A stretch of DNA of 24,000 bases from an uncultured Clostridia bacterium (GTDB lineage Bacteria; Bacillota; Clostridia; Christensenellales; Pumilibacteraceae), in assembly GCA_947598585.1 (NCBI GenBank), contig CANQFK010000006.1, positions 36,418 through 60,417 of the forward strand. Direction: 5' to 3'. Position numbers and translations under genes: made by a program. Position 1 is the first letter of the stretch, and each line of letters opens with the position of its first letter. This document shows, piece after piece, positions 1 to 7,244 of the stretch. Under the pieces are notes generated by a model. That model saw nothing but the letters and a program-made list of their open reading frames with translations, ran no database searches and was not told where the DNA came from.

Positions 1-1045
1 CTTCGGTAAATCGTCCCCTGTCGTTTATGAGTTGAACGAACGGAAGCCCGTATTTGCGTCCCACTCTCGCGTCGTCCTCGCCGAACGCGGGCGCGATATG
101 AACTACGCCCGTACCGTCGGTAAGCGTAACGTATGTGTCGTTTACGACATAGCAACGCTTTTCGTCCCCTTTATAAAAGTCGAACAGCTGTTCGTAGCAA
201 ACGCCCTCGTAATCCTTGCCCTTTTTGGTTTCGATGACCTTATAATTTTCAAAGAGCGAAGGTATGAGATCCTTTGCCAAAATATATTTTTCGCCGTCCG
301 CCTCTATCTTGCAATACTCATGATCGGGGTGCATGCAAAGCGCAACGTTGGACGGAAGCGTCCAGGGCGTGGTCGTCCAGGCGAGGATATAGGTATCCTT
401 TTGACCTTTGACCTTGAACTTGACGATAGCCGTGGTTTCCTCGACGTCCTTATAGCCTTGCGCGACCTCATGCGACGAAAGCGCCGTTCCGCAACGCGGG
501 CAATACGGCACTATTTTGTGACCTTTGTAAATGAGCCCCTTACCAGCGATCTGTTTGAGCGACCACCACACCGATTCGATATACTTGTCGTCGTAAGTGA
601 TATACGGATGTTCCATGTCCGCCCAATAACCTACGCGTTCGCTCATCTTTTCCCATTCGGCTTTATACTTCCAAACGCTCTCACGGCATTGCTTGATAAA
701 CGGCTCTATGCCGTACTTTTCTATATCCTGCTTGCCGTCCATGCCGAGTTTTTTCTCGATTTCGAGTTCAACGGGCAAACCGTGCGTATCCCAGCCTGCT
801 TTTCTCAAAACGTGATAACCTTTCATAGTCTTATAACGCGGGATAATGTCCTTCATTACTCGCGTAAGGATATGACCTATATGAGGCTTTCCGTTAGCCG
901 TGGGAGGCCCGTCATAAAAAGAAAACTCTTCGCCGCCCTCTGTCTGTTTCATGCTGGCGGCAAACACGTCGTTTTTGTTCCAGAATTCGATTACTTCCTT
1001 TTCTCTTGTCACAAAGTCAAGATTTGGATTTACTTTTTCGTACAT
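1..1045 (-). CDS. ileS: Isoleucine--tRNA ligase, type 2 (Thermus/eukaryote-like). Only the 5' part is present; the C-terminus lies left of the window.
   Basis: Absent from the ORF track because no stop codon lies in the window. Reverse-strand translation from ATG 1045..1043 reads MYEKVNPNLDFVTREKEVIEFWNKNDVF..FSFYDGPPTANGKPHIGHILTRVMKDIIPRYKTMKGYHVLRKAGWDTHGLPVELEIEKKLG..TTPWTLPSNVAL. This carries the class-I HIGH motif and IleS blocks, and the frame stays open to position 1. GGAG at 1055..1052 sits 6 nt before the ATG. The listed + ORF 32..1069 is its antisense shadow. Confidence 0.93.
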   Translation of the reverse strand, partial: MYEKVNPNLDFVTREKEVIEFWNKNDVFAASMKQTEGGEEFSFYDGPPTANGKPHIGHILTRVMKDIIPRYKTMKGYHVLRKAGWDTHGLPVELEIEKKLGMDGKQDIEKYGIEPFIKQCRESVWKYKAEWEKMSERVGYWADMEHPYITYDDKYIESVWWSLKQIAGKGLIYKGHKIVPYCPRCGTALSSHEVAQGYKDVEETTAIVKFKVKGQKDTYILAWTTTPWTLPSNVALCMHPDHEYCKIEADGEKYILAKDLIPSLFENYKVIETKKGKDYEGVCYEQLFDFYKGDEKRCYVVNDTYVTLTDGTGVVHIAPAFGEDDARVGRKYGLPFVQLINDRGRFTE

Positions 1046-1085
1046 GGTTTGCTCCAAAAAGCTATTTGATCCTTTTTAATGATTT

Positions 1086-1115
1086 ATTATACTACTCTTT
1101 TTTGCGCTAAGTCAA
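1086..1115 (-). promoter_or_regulatory. sigA-type promoter of ileS
   Basis: On the minus strand, TTGACT (1115..1110), an 18-nt spacer, then TATAAT (1091..1086). This leaves only about 35 nt of leader before the ileS ATG. Confidence 0.55.
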
Positions 1116-1142
1116 ATATTTTGATTGTAAATTGACCTTTTT

Positions 1143-1183
1143 GATAAAAAACTAAGACAGCACATCTACCGACATGCCGTCTT
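1143..1183 (-). terminator. Rho-independent terminator downstream of the SRP RNA
   Basis: The minus-strand RNA forms AAGACGGCA..(12-nt loop)..UGCUGUCUU, a 9-bp stem with one G-U pair, followed by AGUUUUUUAUC. Confidence 0.7.
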
Positions 1184-1196
1184 ATTATCCGAAAAA

Positions 1197-1466
1197 ACAC
1201 CGTGCAACCTATCTCGACAATGAGTACCGAAGCGTTCTCCCATCAGCCGACTCCCCCAAAGCTACCTCGTGGCACACGCTGAAATCCACTTAGTGCTGCT
1301 GCGGTCAGGCTCTGACACGGTTCATGGCTCGGCGTTGCACAAGACCCTGGGATCGACGTCACTTAATGATAACTGCCTTCCATACGCAAGGCCTCAATAG
1401 GTATTCTGTCCCACTATAGCGGATTGTGAGTACAGGGCACCGCTGGCTCCCCACATAGCACGGCTG
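1197..1466 (-). ncRNA. ffs: Signal recognition particle RNA, large Bacillus-type (scRNA) with Alu domain. Ends are approximate, within about 5 nt.
   Basis: This is an ORF-free stretch. The minus strand reads CAGCCGTGCTATGTGGGGAGCCAGCGGTGCCCTGTACTCACAATCCGCTATAGTGGGAC.., which corresponds to Alu-domain helices 3/4 as I remember them from B. subtilis scRNA, with a compensatory CUCAC/GUGGG stem. It continues ..CATGAACCGTGTCAGAGCCTGACCGCAGCAGCACTAAGTG.., where helix 8 has the conserved UCAGN/AGCAG symmetric loop. The 3' end ..AGGTTGCACGGTG has GCACGG pairing with the 5' CCGUGC. The gene has its own promoter and terminator. Confidence 0.85.
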
Positions 1467-1471
1467 ATGTT

Positions 1472-1500
1472 AATATATCACAAAAAAGATTTTTTAGCAA
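1472..1500 (-). promoter_or_regulatory. sigA-type promoter of ffs
   Basis: On the minus strand, TTGCTA (1500..1495), a 17-nt spacer, then TATATT (1477..1472). The predicted start near 1465 coincides with the 5' end of the SRP RNA homology. Confidence 0.6.
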
Positions 1501-1575
1501 GCATTTACGGGGCGAATTTATCTTTTTGTTTTGCGCCGCCGCATTTGTCGCAATTCTCCCCCCCGCTTTTTCTCC

Positions 1576-1801
1576 TTAAATTGTTACAAGTCTGTTATAA
1601 ACGTATTCTTTGAAGCCTGTATACGACATGTAACAATTGGTATCATAATAACAAGTACCTATGCAATAACTGTTTATATACATATTAAAATATGTTCCCA
1701 CGGAATCCGTTTGCCCGAATTCAAGGCGGAAAGATCCATAATCGTATAGCTTCTCACTGTTTTTTCCGACCGGATTCATATGCTACTAAGGTCTTTTTCA
1801 T
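1576..1801 (-). pseudogene. Decayed tandem copy of the upstream lipoprotein gene: its first 7 codons joined out of frame to the C-terminal Cys-rich module. Annotators may call 1576..1779 a 67-aa hypothetical protein.
   Basis: A 22-nt exact repeat (atgctactaaggtctttttcat) occurs at 1780..1801 and at 2616..2637. It encodes MKKTLVA in both copies. Here that frame stops after 15 codons (MKKTLVAYESGRKKQ*). The 67-aa frame from ATG 1779 ends GTYFNMYINSYCIGTCYYDTNCYMSYTGFKEYVYNRLVTI, which parallels ETYFNLYQLDHCFGTCYYDSYCYLSYTGLEDYLFNRITYI of the 277-aa protein. Confidence 0.5.
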
Positions 1802-1803
1802 TT

Positions 1804-2637
1804 TCATCGATCCTCCTTTGAAATATAGGTTATTCTGTTGAATAGATAATCTTCAAGTCCCGTATAAGATAAATAGCAATACGAATCATAATAGCAAGTG
1901 CCGAAACAATGATCCAGCTGATATAAATTAAAATATGTTTCTGTAAAAGTTAGGTGCTCGTAATTTATTTCCCGCACACCGAATTTGATATCGAAATCGT
2001 CCGTAATGTCTATGCGCACCTCATTGGGATCGAAATAGAATCTTAACTCAAAACTCTTATCATAACCGATAGTGTCCCCGGGGCGCGGGATCCTATGAGG
2101 TTTACGTTTCGTCATTCCGAATACCTCGTCGTATATGGCTATGCTTTCTTTCACCATGATCTCTTCGTCCTTGACGCTAATAGCGTACTTTGCATTATAG
2201 ATATTGTTTTCGGCGACAACATCATAGTTATCGGGTTTGAACAATACCGCCCCTTCAAACAATTCTTGTCCCTTTATATAGTCGACAATAGCCTGATACG
2301 CATTTCCGTTTGTTTGCGCATCGAATTCCGCCAATGTTTCCTCTCCCTCGCGAGGGCCGTAAACGGGCGCCGACTCTGTGAACTCAATGGGCAATCCGCC
2401 GAGATTGAGCAGTTTACCTTTGTATATGTCGTTTTGCCTTTGCAACTCTTCTATCCGTTTCATCAGATCGGACGAATTGCTTTGTTCTTCTTCCATTTGC
2501 TCGGACAGCGAGTCGATAAGCTGTTGCATTTGCGTTATTTGCTCTTGCAACTGCGTGGTATTGTCATCATTCGGCGCACATGCCCCGCACAGGCATATCG
2601 CCATGATTAGTACTAATGCTACTAAGGTCTTTTTCAT
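1804..2637 (-). CDS. Putative lipoprotein of unknown function with an N-terminal coiled coil and a C-terminal Cys/Tyr-rich module
   Basis: 277-aa ORF with a GGAG RBS (AAAGGAGAAAAAACATG). The signal peptide MKKTLVALVLIMAICLCGACAPN has a non-canonical lipobox. A Q/E-rich heptad-like stretch follows (TQLQEQITQMQQLIDSLSEQMEEE..RIEELQRQ). The C-terminus carries HCFGTCYYDSYCYLSYTG. I do not recognise a family. Confidence 0.8.
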   Translation of the reverse strand: MKKTLVALVLIMAICLCGACAPNDDNTTQLQEQITQMQQLIDSLSEQMEEEQSNSSDLMKRIEELQRQNDIYKGKLLNLGGLPIEFTESAPVYGPREGEETLAEFDAQTNGNAYQAIVDYIKGQELFEGAVLFKPDNYDVVAENNIYNAKYAISVKDEEIMVKESIAIYDEVFGMTKRKPHRIPRPGDTIGYDKSFELRFYFDPNEVRIDITDDFDIKFGVREINYEHLTFTETYFNLYQLDHCFGTCYYDSYCYLSYTGLEDYLFNRITYISKEDR

Positions 2638-2732
2638 GTTTTTTCTCCTTTAAAATTTATTTCTACAATATATACCGAAAAATCAAGGAAAAAGTTTCCT
2701 CATTTTAATAAAATTTTTATTTTTTCTTTACA

Positions 2733-2769
2733 CAAAAAAAGCCCCTATCGAAAACTATTCGATAAGGGC
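2733..2769 (-). terminator. Rho-independent terminator of the DUF362/ECF-S operon
   Basis: The minus-strand RNA forms GCCCUUAUCGAA-UAGUU-UUCGAUAGGGGC, a 12-bp stem in which the single irregular pair is G-U on this strand. It is followed by UUUUUUUG. Confidence 0.75.
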
Positions 2770-2790
2770 AAAATTATTTAAATTTCGGTT

Positions 2791-3375
2791 TTATTCGCTC
2801 TTTTTACCCCTGTTTATAAGATAATGCAGTCCGATTATAATGAGCGGAACGATAAGCGCTTGAAGAATAAGTCCGATAAATCCCGTTTGGATCTGTTGCC
2901 ATACCATGGTCACGCTGAGCGAACTTACGCTTTGGAAGATAGCCACAAGCGCCACAAAGAACGTTCTGCCCGAGATCTCGGCGATGAGCACCGCGGGGAA
3001 CGCGAGCCATTTGTTGCCGTCTATCTTCTTGCCAAACAGTCCGCACACCAAAGCAAACACGGCAAGTTCAGTCATCATAAACGGCAATCTTTCAAGCGCG
3101 GGCATGGGGTTTCCGAACAGTGAGGTGATCGCAAAACTCAATACAGGTGACAAAATACCCACTCCGAGCCCCCAATATGTACCGAGCAGACAGCCTGCTA
3201 CGAGCACGGGCAGATACATCGGCAACCACTTGACGCCTCCCGGCGCGCCGCCTATCAAATGAACGAGTTGCGGCAAAAGGACCGCGCACACGATAAGTCC
3301 GACGCTTACCAAACTCTTTATTGTTATTCCTTTTTTTACACCTACATTTTTTCTTGTCAAAACCGCTTCTAACAT
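2791..3375 (-). CDS. ECF-transporter S-component-like integral membrane protein (substrate unknown)
   Basis: 194 aa with about 6 hydrophobic helices. The block LIGGAPGGVKWLPMYLPVLVAGCLLGTYWGLGVGILSPVLSF resembles the LPMH-PVLLAG-LLGP block I associate with ECF_trnsprt-type S components. An AGGAGG RBS overlaps the stop of the upstream gene. No ECF A/T genes are adjacent. Confidence 0.65.
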   Translation of the reverse strand: MLEAVLTRKNVGVKKGITIKSLVSVGLIVCAVLLPQLVHLIGGAPGGVKWLPMYLPVLVAGCLLGTYWGLGVGILSPVLSFAITSLFGNPMPALERLPFMMTELAVFALVCGLFGKKIDGNKWLAFPAVLIAEISGRTFFVALVAIFQSVSSLSVTMVWQQIQTGFIGLILQALIVPLIIIGLHYLINRGKKSE

Positions 3376-3387
3376 TTTTTATCCTCC

Positions 3388-4278
3388 TTAATTGTCTATA
3401 TCCGTAATTTTGTATTCTTCGCTTCCCAGCCCGAGCTTCTGAGCCGTGTCGACAAGGTGAATGGCATGTTTTTCTTTCATGCGATTCACGAGCGACGCCT
3501 TGCCCTTGTCCGTCGAATTCATGATAGCGTCATAGCAACACTTGTCCAAAGCAACGGGATCGAGCGACGCGAATATTCCGATATCCGCCATTTCGGGCTC
3601 ATGCGGGTTGGAGTCGCAGTCGCAATCTATCGAAAGCCTGTTGGCTACGTTGATATATGCCATGTTCTCCGCGCCGAAATAGTCTACGACGCCGCGGCAC
3701 GCCTCCGCCATGCTCTCCAAAAATCCGTCCTGGTCCTCGATCAGTCCCCACATAGCGTCGGGATCCTCGGTCCTTCCAACCGAATGTATCCAGGCTTTGC
3801 CGTTGCGCGACGCCACGCCTATGCTCATGTTTTTGAGCGCGCCGCCGAATCCGCCCATAGCGTGTCCCTTGAAGTGAGAAAGCATGAGCATGGAGCCGTA
3901 ATTGCTTATATGACTGCCCACGATATTGTAGCCGTGAAGATGAGTCCCGCCTTTTACGGGTATTTTTATCTCGCCTTCCTCGTCCATGATATCGCACGGA
4001 GCGATTTCCGTGAATCCGTGATCCTTTATCGCCTTATAATGGTTTTTCACGTCGAAACGTTTGCCCCTGTACGCCGTACAGCACTCCACTATCGTGCCGT
4101 CGAGATCGTTCACTAGGTCCTTGATAAGTTTGGGTTGAAGAAAGTTGTGTCCGCCCGGTTCGCCGGTGGAAATTTTGACCGCGACTTTCCCTTTCAGTTG
4201 CACTCCCAATGCCCGATAAATTTTCACGAGCCCCTCGGGAGAAATGTCTTTCGTAAAGTAAACTTCGGATTTTGCCAT
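3388..4278 (-). CDS. DUF362 domain-containing protein (short form without the ferredoxin insert)
   Basis: 296 aa starting MAKSEVYFTK. It contains ..KISTGEPGG.., ..HFKGHAMGGFGGALKNMSIGVASRNGKAWIH.. and ..SIDCDCDSNP... These match the FKGHxxxGFGGALKNxxMG and DCDC blocks characteristic of DUF362 (PF04015). AGGAGG lies 6 nt upstream of the ATG. Confidence 0.85.
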   Translation of the reverse strand: MAKSEVYFTKDISPEGLVKIYRALGVQLKGKVAVKISTGEPGGHNFLQPKLIKDLVNDLDGTIVECCTAYRGKRFDVKNHYKAIKDHGFTEIAPCDIMDEEGEIKIPVKGGTHLHGYNIVGSHISNYGSMLMLSHFKGHAMGGFGGALKNMSIGVASRNGKAWIHSVGRTEDPDAMWGLIEDQDGFLESMAEACRGVVDYFGAENMAYINVANRLSIDCDCDSNPHEPEMADIGIFASLDPVALDKCCYDAIMNSTDKGKASLVNRMKEKHAIHLVDTAQKLGLGSEEYKITDIDN

Positions 4279-4308
4279 GATCTTCCTCCTGAATAAAATT
4301 CTGTAAAT

Positions 4309-4336
4309 ATTTTACCACAATTTTCCGATATGTCAA
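4309..4336 (-). promoter_or_regulatory. sigA-type promoter (extended -10) of the DUF362 operon
   Basis: On the minus strand, TTGACA (4336..4331), a 16-nt spacer ending in TGg, then TAAAAT (4314..4309). The leader is about 25 nt, which leaves no room for a riboswitch. Confidence 0.6.
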
Positions 4337-4452
4337 GTCATTTTCTTAAAATTAAGGTGATTTTTTGTCATGGCGCCGCTTTTTACCGAAAAATCATCTC
4401 GTTCGCTTACATATGCTCACATGAAGATTTTGTGATATTTGACCGTATTATA

Positions 4453-4481
4453 TTGACTTTCGAATATATATATGTTACAAT
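4453..4481 (+). promoter_or_regulatory. sigA-type promoter of the membrane-CXXC / polyferredoxin-thioredoxin operon
   Basis: TTGACT (4453..4458), a 17-nt spacer, then TACAAT (4476..4481). Confidence 0.6.
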
Positions 4482-4512
4482 TTATATAATCATTGTTTAT
4501 CAGGAGGTTGCT

Positions 4513-5523
4513 TTGAACAAATCCGAAAAGATCCGCTTTGGCTATGGGATCTTTCTCGCCGTATTTACCGTGATAGTGGGCGTTGTTTTTATCGCTCAGG
4601 TCGCGGAACTGTATTACAGCGGAATAAAAGACGGCCTTAGCGTAATTTATACTACGGAACGAATAAGTTCGCGACTGATCTTGCCGCTTATATTTTTAGG
4701 CGTATGGATCGCCGCGATAATAGCGGGCTTTGTTCTTTCGGTCGTATTCCCCATAAAGGAAAAACGCGCTGTCGTTCGCGACGACGGCAAGACGCTCGCC
4801 CTGCTCAGATCCAAAATGCCCGAGAGAGGCGACAACGCAGAGTATGACGCCGCGTGCAAAAAGATAAAGCAAATAGAAAAAGCGCGCATATGCGTTTGGT
4901 GCATAGTGAGCGCGATATTGCTTATTTACGGCGTTTATATAATGATATTCGTATTTAATCCCGCCAATTTCCATTCGGACAGGCTGCGCGAGGACGTGCT
5001 CGTTCTCGTTCGTCATCTCATAGCCTTGGTGATAGTGGGCTTTGCGGTGGCTATCGTCGCCGTGATCTTCGAAGGCGTCGCGGCAAGATGCGAAACGGAG
5101 TTTGTCAAAAAGGCTATCGTCAGCGGCGACAGATCTTCGGTCCCGACAAAACAGGGACCCGAGAAGCACGCCTCGATAGTGGTAAAGATAATATGCGCCG
5201 AAATAGCGTTTTTCGCGGTGGAACTTTTCATGCTCGCTCCGTTCTTTATTACTTGGATCCTCGGTTCGGGCGACGTGACGAGCGGATACATTGCGATCGT
5301 CGCGATATTCTTCGTTATTCTCATCGTTTCGGGATATCTGCTTTATAAAACGGCCAAAAAATATGTGCCCGAGTCTTCCGCAAAAGTGATCAAACTTTAT
5401 GCGAGGATAGCCGTGGGAGGTCTTGCGATCGTTTTCATCGTGGCGGGCGCTCTCAACGGCGGCGCGGGCGCGGTGCTTACCAAAGCGATAAATATCTGCA
5501 CCGAATGTATAGGACTGGGGTGA
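4513..5523 (+). CDS. Polytopic membrane protein with a C-terminal CXXC motif, function unknown
   Basis: The track ORF 4330..5523 starts in AT-rich promoter DNA. The likely start is TTG 4513, 5 nt after AGGAGG (4502..4507), since no in-frame ATG occurs until far downstream. About 336 aa with roughly 7-8 hydrophobic segments. It ends ..LNGGAGAVLTKAINICTECIGLG, with CTEC at 5497..5508. Its stop lies 4 nt before the next start. Confidence 0.7.
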   Translation: MNKSEKIRFGYGIFLAVFTVIVGVVFIAQVAELYYSGIKDGLSVIYTTERISSRLILPLIFLGVWIAAIIAGFVLSVVFPIKEKRAVVRDDGKTLALLRSKMPERGDNAEYDAACKKIKQIEKARICVWCIVSAILLIYGVYIMIFVFNPANFHSDRLREDVLVLVRHLIALVIVGFAVAIVAVIFEGVAARCETEFVKKAIVSGDRSSVPTKQGPEKHASIVVKIICAEIAFFAVELFMLAPFFITWILGSGDVTSGYIAIVAIFFVILIVSGYLLYKTAKKYVPESSAKVIKLYARIAVGGLAIVFIVAGALNGGAGAVLTKAINICTECIGLG

Positions 5524-5527
5524 TAAT

Positions 5528-7222
5528 ATGAAAAAAGTTTTCAATTGGATAGTAAACCACTTCCCTACAAGACGTCGTATCATTCAGCTATACACATTTT
5601 TGTTGTATAACGCAAATCTCAAAGGCTACATAAACGGCACGATTTTCACGGGAAATTCCAAATATTTCTGCACGCCCAGCATGAACTGCTACTCCTGCCC
5701 CGGCGCAGTCGCGGCTTGCCCGCTCGGCGCGTTGCAAAATGCTCTCACGGCGTCAAAGACGACCACGGCATACTATATGTTCGGCATAATCGCGCTGTTC
5801 GGCTTGATCCTCGGCAGAACGATATGCGGATTTTTCTGTCCCGTAGGTCTTGGACAGGAACTGTTGTATAAGATAAAAACGCCGAAGATAAGGAAGAACA
5901 AATACACTCGTACTCTCTCCTATCTCAAATACGTTATTTTGGTGGTGTTCGTCATTGCCATTCCGCTCATGTTCTCTATCGCGGGCGCGACCGTACCCGG
6001 CTTCTGCAAATTCATTTGCCCCGCGGGCACGTTCGAGGGCGGCCTCGGATTGTTGCTCAATCCCGCCAACCAATCGGGCAGCAGAAATCTGCTCGATATG
6101 CTCGGACCTATCTTCACCTGGAAGTTTGCGGTCCTTTGCGTCGTGATAGTGGCAAGCGTGCTTTTGTACCGTCCTTTCTGCCGATTCATCTGCCCGCTGG
6201 GCGCGATCTACGGATTCTTTAACGGCATTGCGCTCATAGGCGTAAAGCTGGACGAAAACAAGTGCACCGATTGCGGACTTTGTATCCAACATTGCAAAAT
6301 GGACGTAAAGCACGTCGGCGATCATGAGTGTATAAACTGCGGAGAATGTATTTCGGTTTGCCCCGCAAAGGCGATCACCTGGAAAGGCTCGAAGATATTC
6401 CTCCGCAAAAACGATATCGAAGAACCTGCGGGCGAAGTCAAACTCGGCGATATAAGAAAAATGACCTACACCGCGCCCGCAAACGGAACGCTTGCGACGG
6501 CTACTGCTGCGGCAGGCGAAAACAACGTTGCTCCCGCAAACGAACATTCCAATATAAAACTTATGGTGTCCGAAGGCGGTTATGCCGACATTCCGCCCGT
6601 AAAAGGCGAAAACGATCGTTCCGCTCGCGGCAAAAAGCACGACAGGAACTTCTGGATAAGAGTGGGAGCCTGGATAGCCGCTTTCGCAGTATTGCTCACC
6701 GCGCTCATATACTTCAACACCCTGCCCGAGCCCGAAATTTCCGACATAATGATCGGATCTCAGGCGCCCGCGTTCTCGCTGAAAAAATACGGCTATAACG
6801 AGCGAGGCAGATACGACCTGCTCGACGAAACGTTCGATATGGAAGATCACCTCGGCGAAGTTGTGGTCGTAAACTTCTGGGCTACCTGGTGCGGACCTTG
6901 CGTAGAGGAATTGCCCGAATTTGCCGAAGTCGCCGACGAATACGACGTTACGATAGTGGCTATACACGGCAGGATAGAGGTAAACAGCGAGCCCGAAATA
7001 TGGGTGCCCGCAAACCACAGAGAATGGCTGAGCAGCAAGATAGTCTTTTTGCAGGACGAGATGGACGGTTCCACCGCAAAGACGTTCATAGCTTACGGCG
7101 GCGTGAACTCCTACCCCATCACCGTCATAGTCGGAAAGGACGGCAAGGTGACCTTTACCATGCAAGGCAAACTCGATAAATCGACGCTTGAAAGCGAAGT
7201 GCAAAAGGCTTTGAACGCATAA
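5528..7222 (+). CDS. NapH/MauN-like membrane 4Fe-4S protein fused via an extra TM helix to a TlpA/ResA-like thioredoxin domain
   Basis: 564 aa. Cys-Pro motifs sit in hydrophobic helices (CYSCPGAVAACP, CGFFCP, CKFICP, CRFICP). Two ferredoxin motifs are present: CTDCGLCIQHC (6263..6295) and CINCGECISVCP (6329..6364). An Ala/Thr/Asn-rich linker follows, then a TM segment FWIRVGAWIAAFAVLLTALIYF (about 6650..6715). Last comes VVVNFWATWCGPCVEELPEF, with WCGPC at 6887..6901. Confidence 0.85.
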   Translation: MKKVFNWIVNHFPTRRRIIQLYTFLLYNANLKGYINGTIFTGNSKYFCTPSMNCYSCPGAVAACPLGALQNALTASKTTTAYYMFGIIALFGLILGRTICGFFCPVGLGQELLYKIKTPKIRKNKYTRTLSYLKYVILVVFVIAIPLMFSIAGATVPGFCKFICPAGTFEGGLGLLLNPANQSGSRNLLDMLGPIFTWKFAVLCVVIVASVLLYRPFCRFICPLGAIYGFFNGIALIGVKLDENKCTDCGLCIQHCKMDVKHVGDHECINCGECISVCPAKAITWKGSKIFLRKNDIEEPAGEVKLGDIRKMTYTAPANGTLATATAAAGENNVAPANEHSNIKLMVSEGGYADIPPVKGENDRSARGKKHDRNFWIRVGAWIAAFAVLLTALIYFNTLPEPEISDIMIGSQAPAFSLKKYGYNERGRYDLLDETFDMEDHLGEVVVVNFWATWCGPCVEELPEFAEVADEYDVTIVAIHGRIEVNSEPEIWVPANHREWLSSKIVFLQDEMDGSTAKTFIAYGGVNSYPITVIVGKDGKVTFTMQGKLDKSTLESEVQKALNA

Positions 7223-7244
7223 AAGTCAAGCGACAAAACGCGCA

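Noticed and set aside
32-1069. 345-aa + strand ORF, the longest ORF in the first kilobase
   Set aside because: It is the antisense shadow of ileS. Its sequence is Arg/Phe/Leu-rich with no recognisable motifs, while the opposite strand encodes an unmistakable IleS N-terminus with an RBS.
1196-1480. Possible T-box leader for ileS, suggested by a structured ORF-free region with a terminator upstream of an aaRS gene and an AGGTTGCACGGTG segment vaguely like the T-box sequence
   Set aside because: The whole region aligns far better to a Bacillus-type SRP RNA, covering the Alu-domain GCGGUGCCCUGUAC..CAAUCCGCU, the helix-8 UCAGN/AGCAG loop and the 3' GCACGGU. A separate ileS promoter also lies downstream of the terminator.
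4330-4512. Upstream Met (4330) given by the ORF track for the membrane protein
   Set aside because: The extension runs through AT-rich DNA containing both divergent promoters and translates to low-complexity I/Y/F sequence. The TTG at 4513 behind AGGAGG is the plausible start.
4696-5583. 295-aa minus-strand ORF
   Set aside because: It is antisense to the polytopic membrane protein gene, has low-complexity Arg-rich composition, and spans the gene junction.
5753-7204. 483-aa minus-strand ORF
   Set aside because: It is antisense to the NapH-like/thioredoxin gene, which has clear Fe-S and WCGPC motifs. The product is Arg/Gly/Phe-rich, with no motifs and no RBS.
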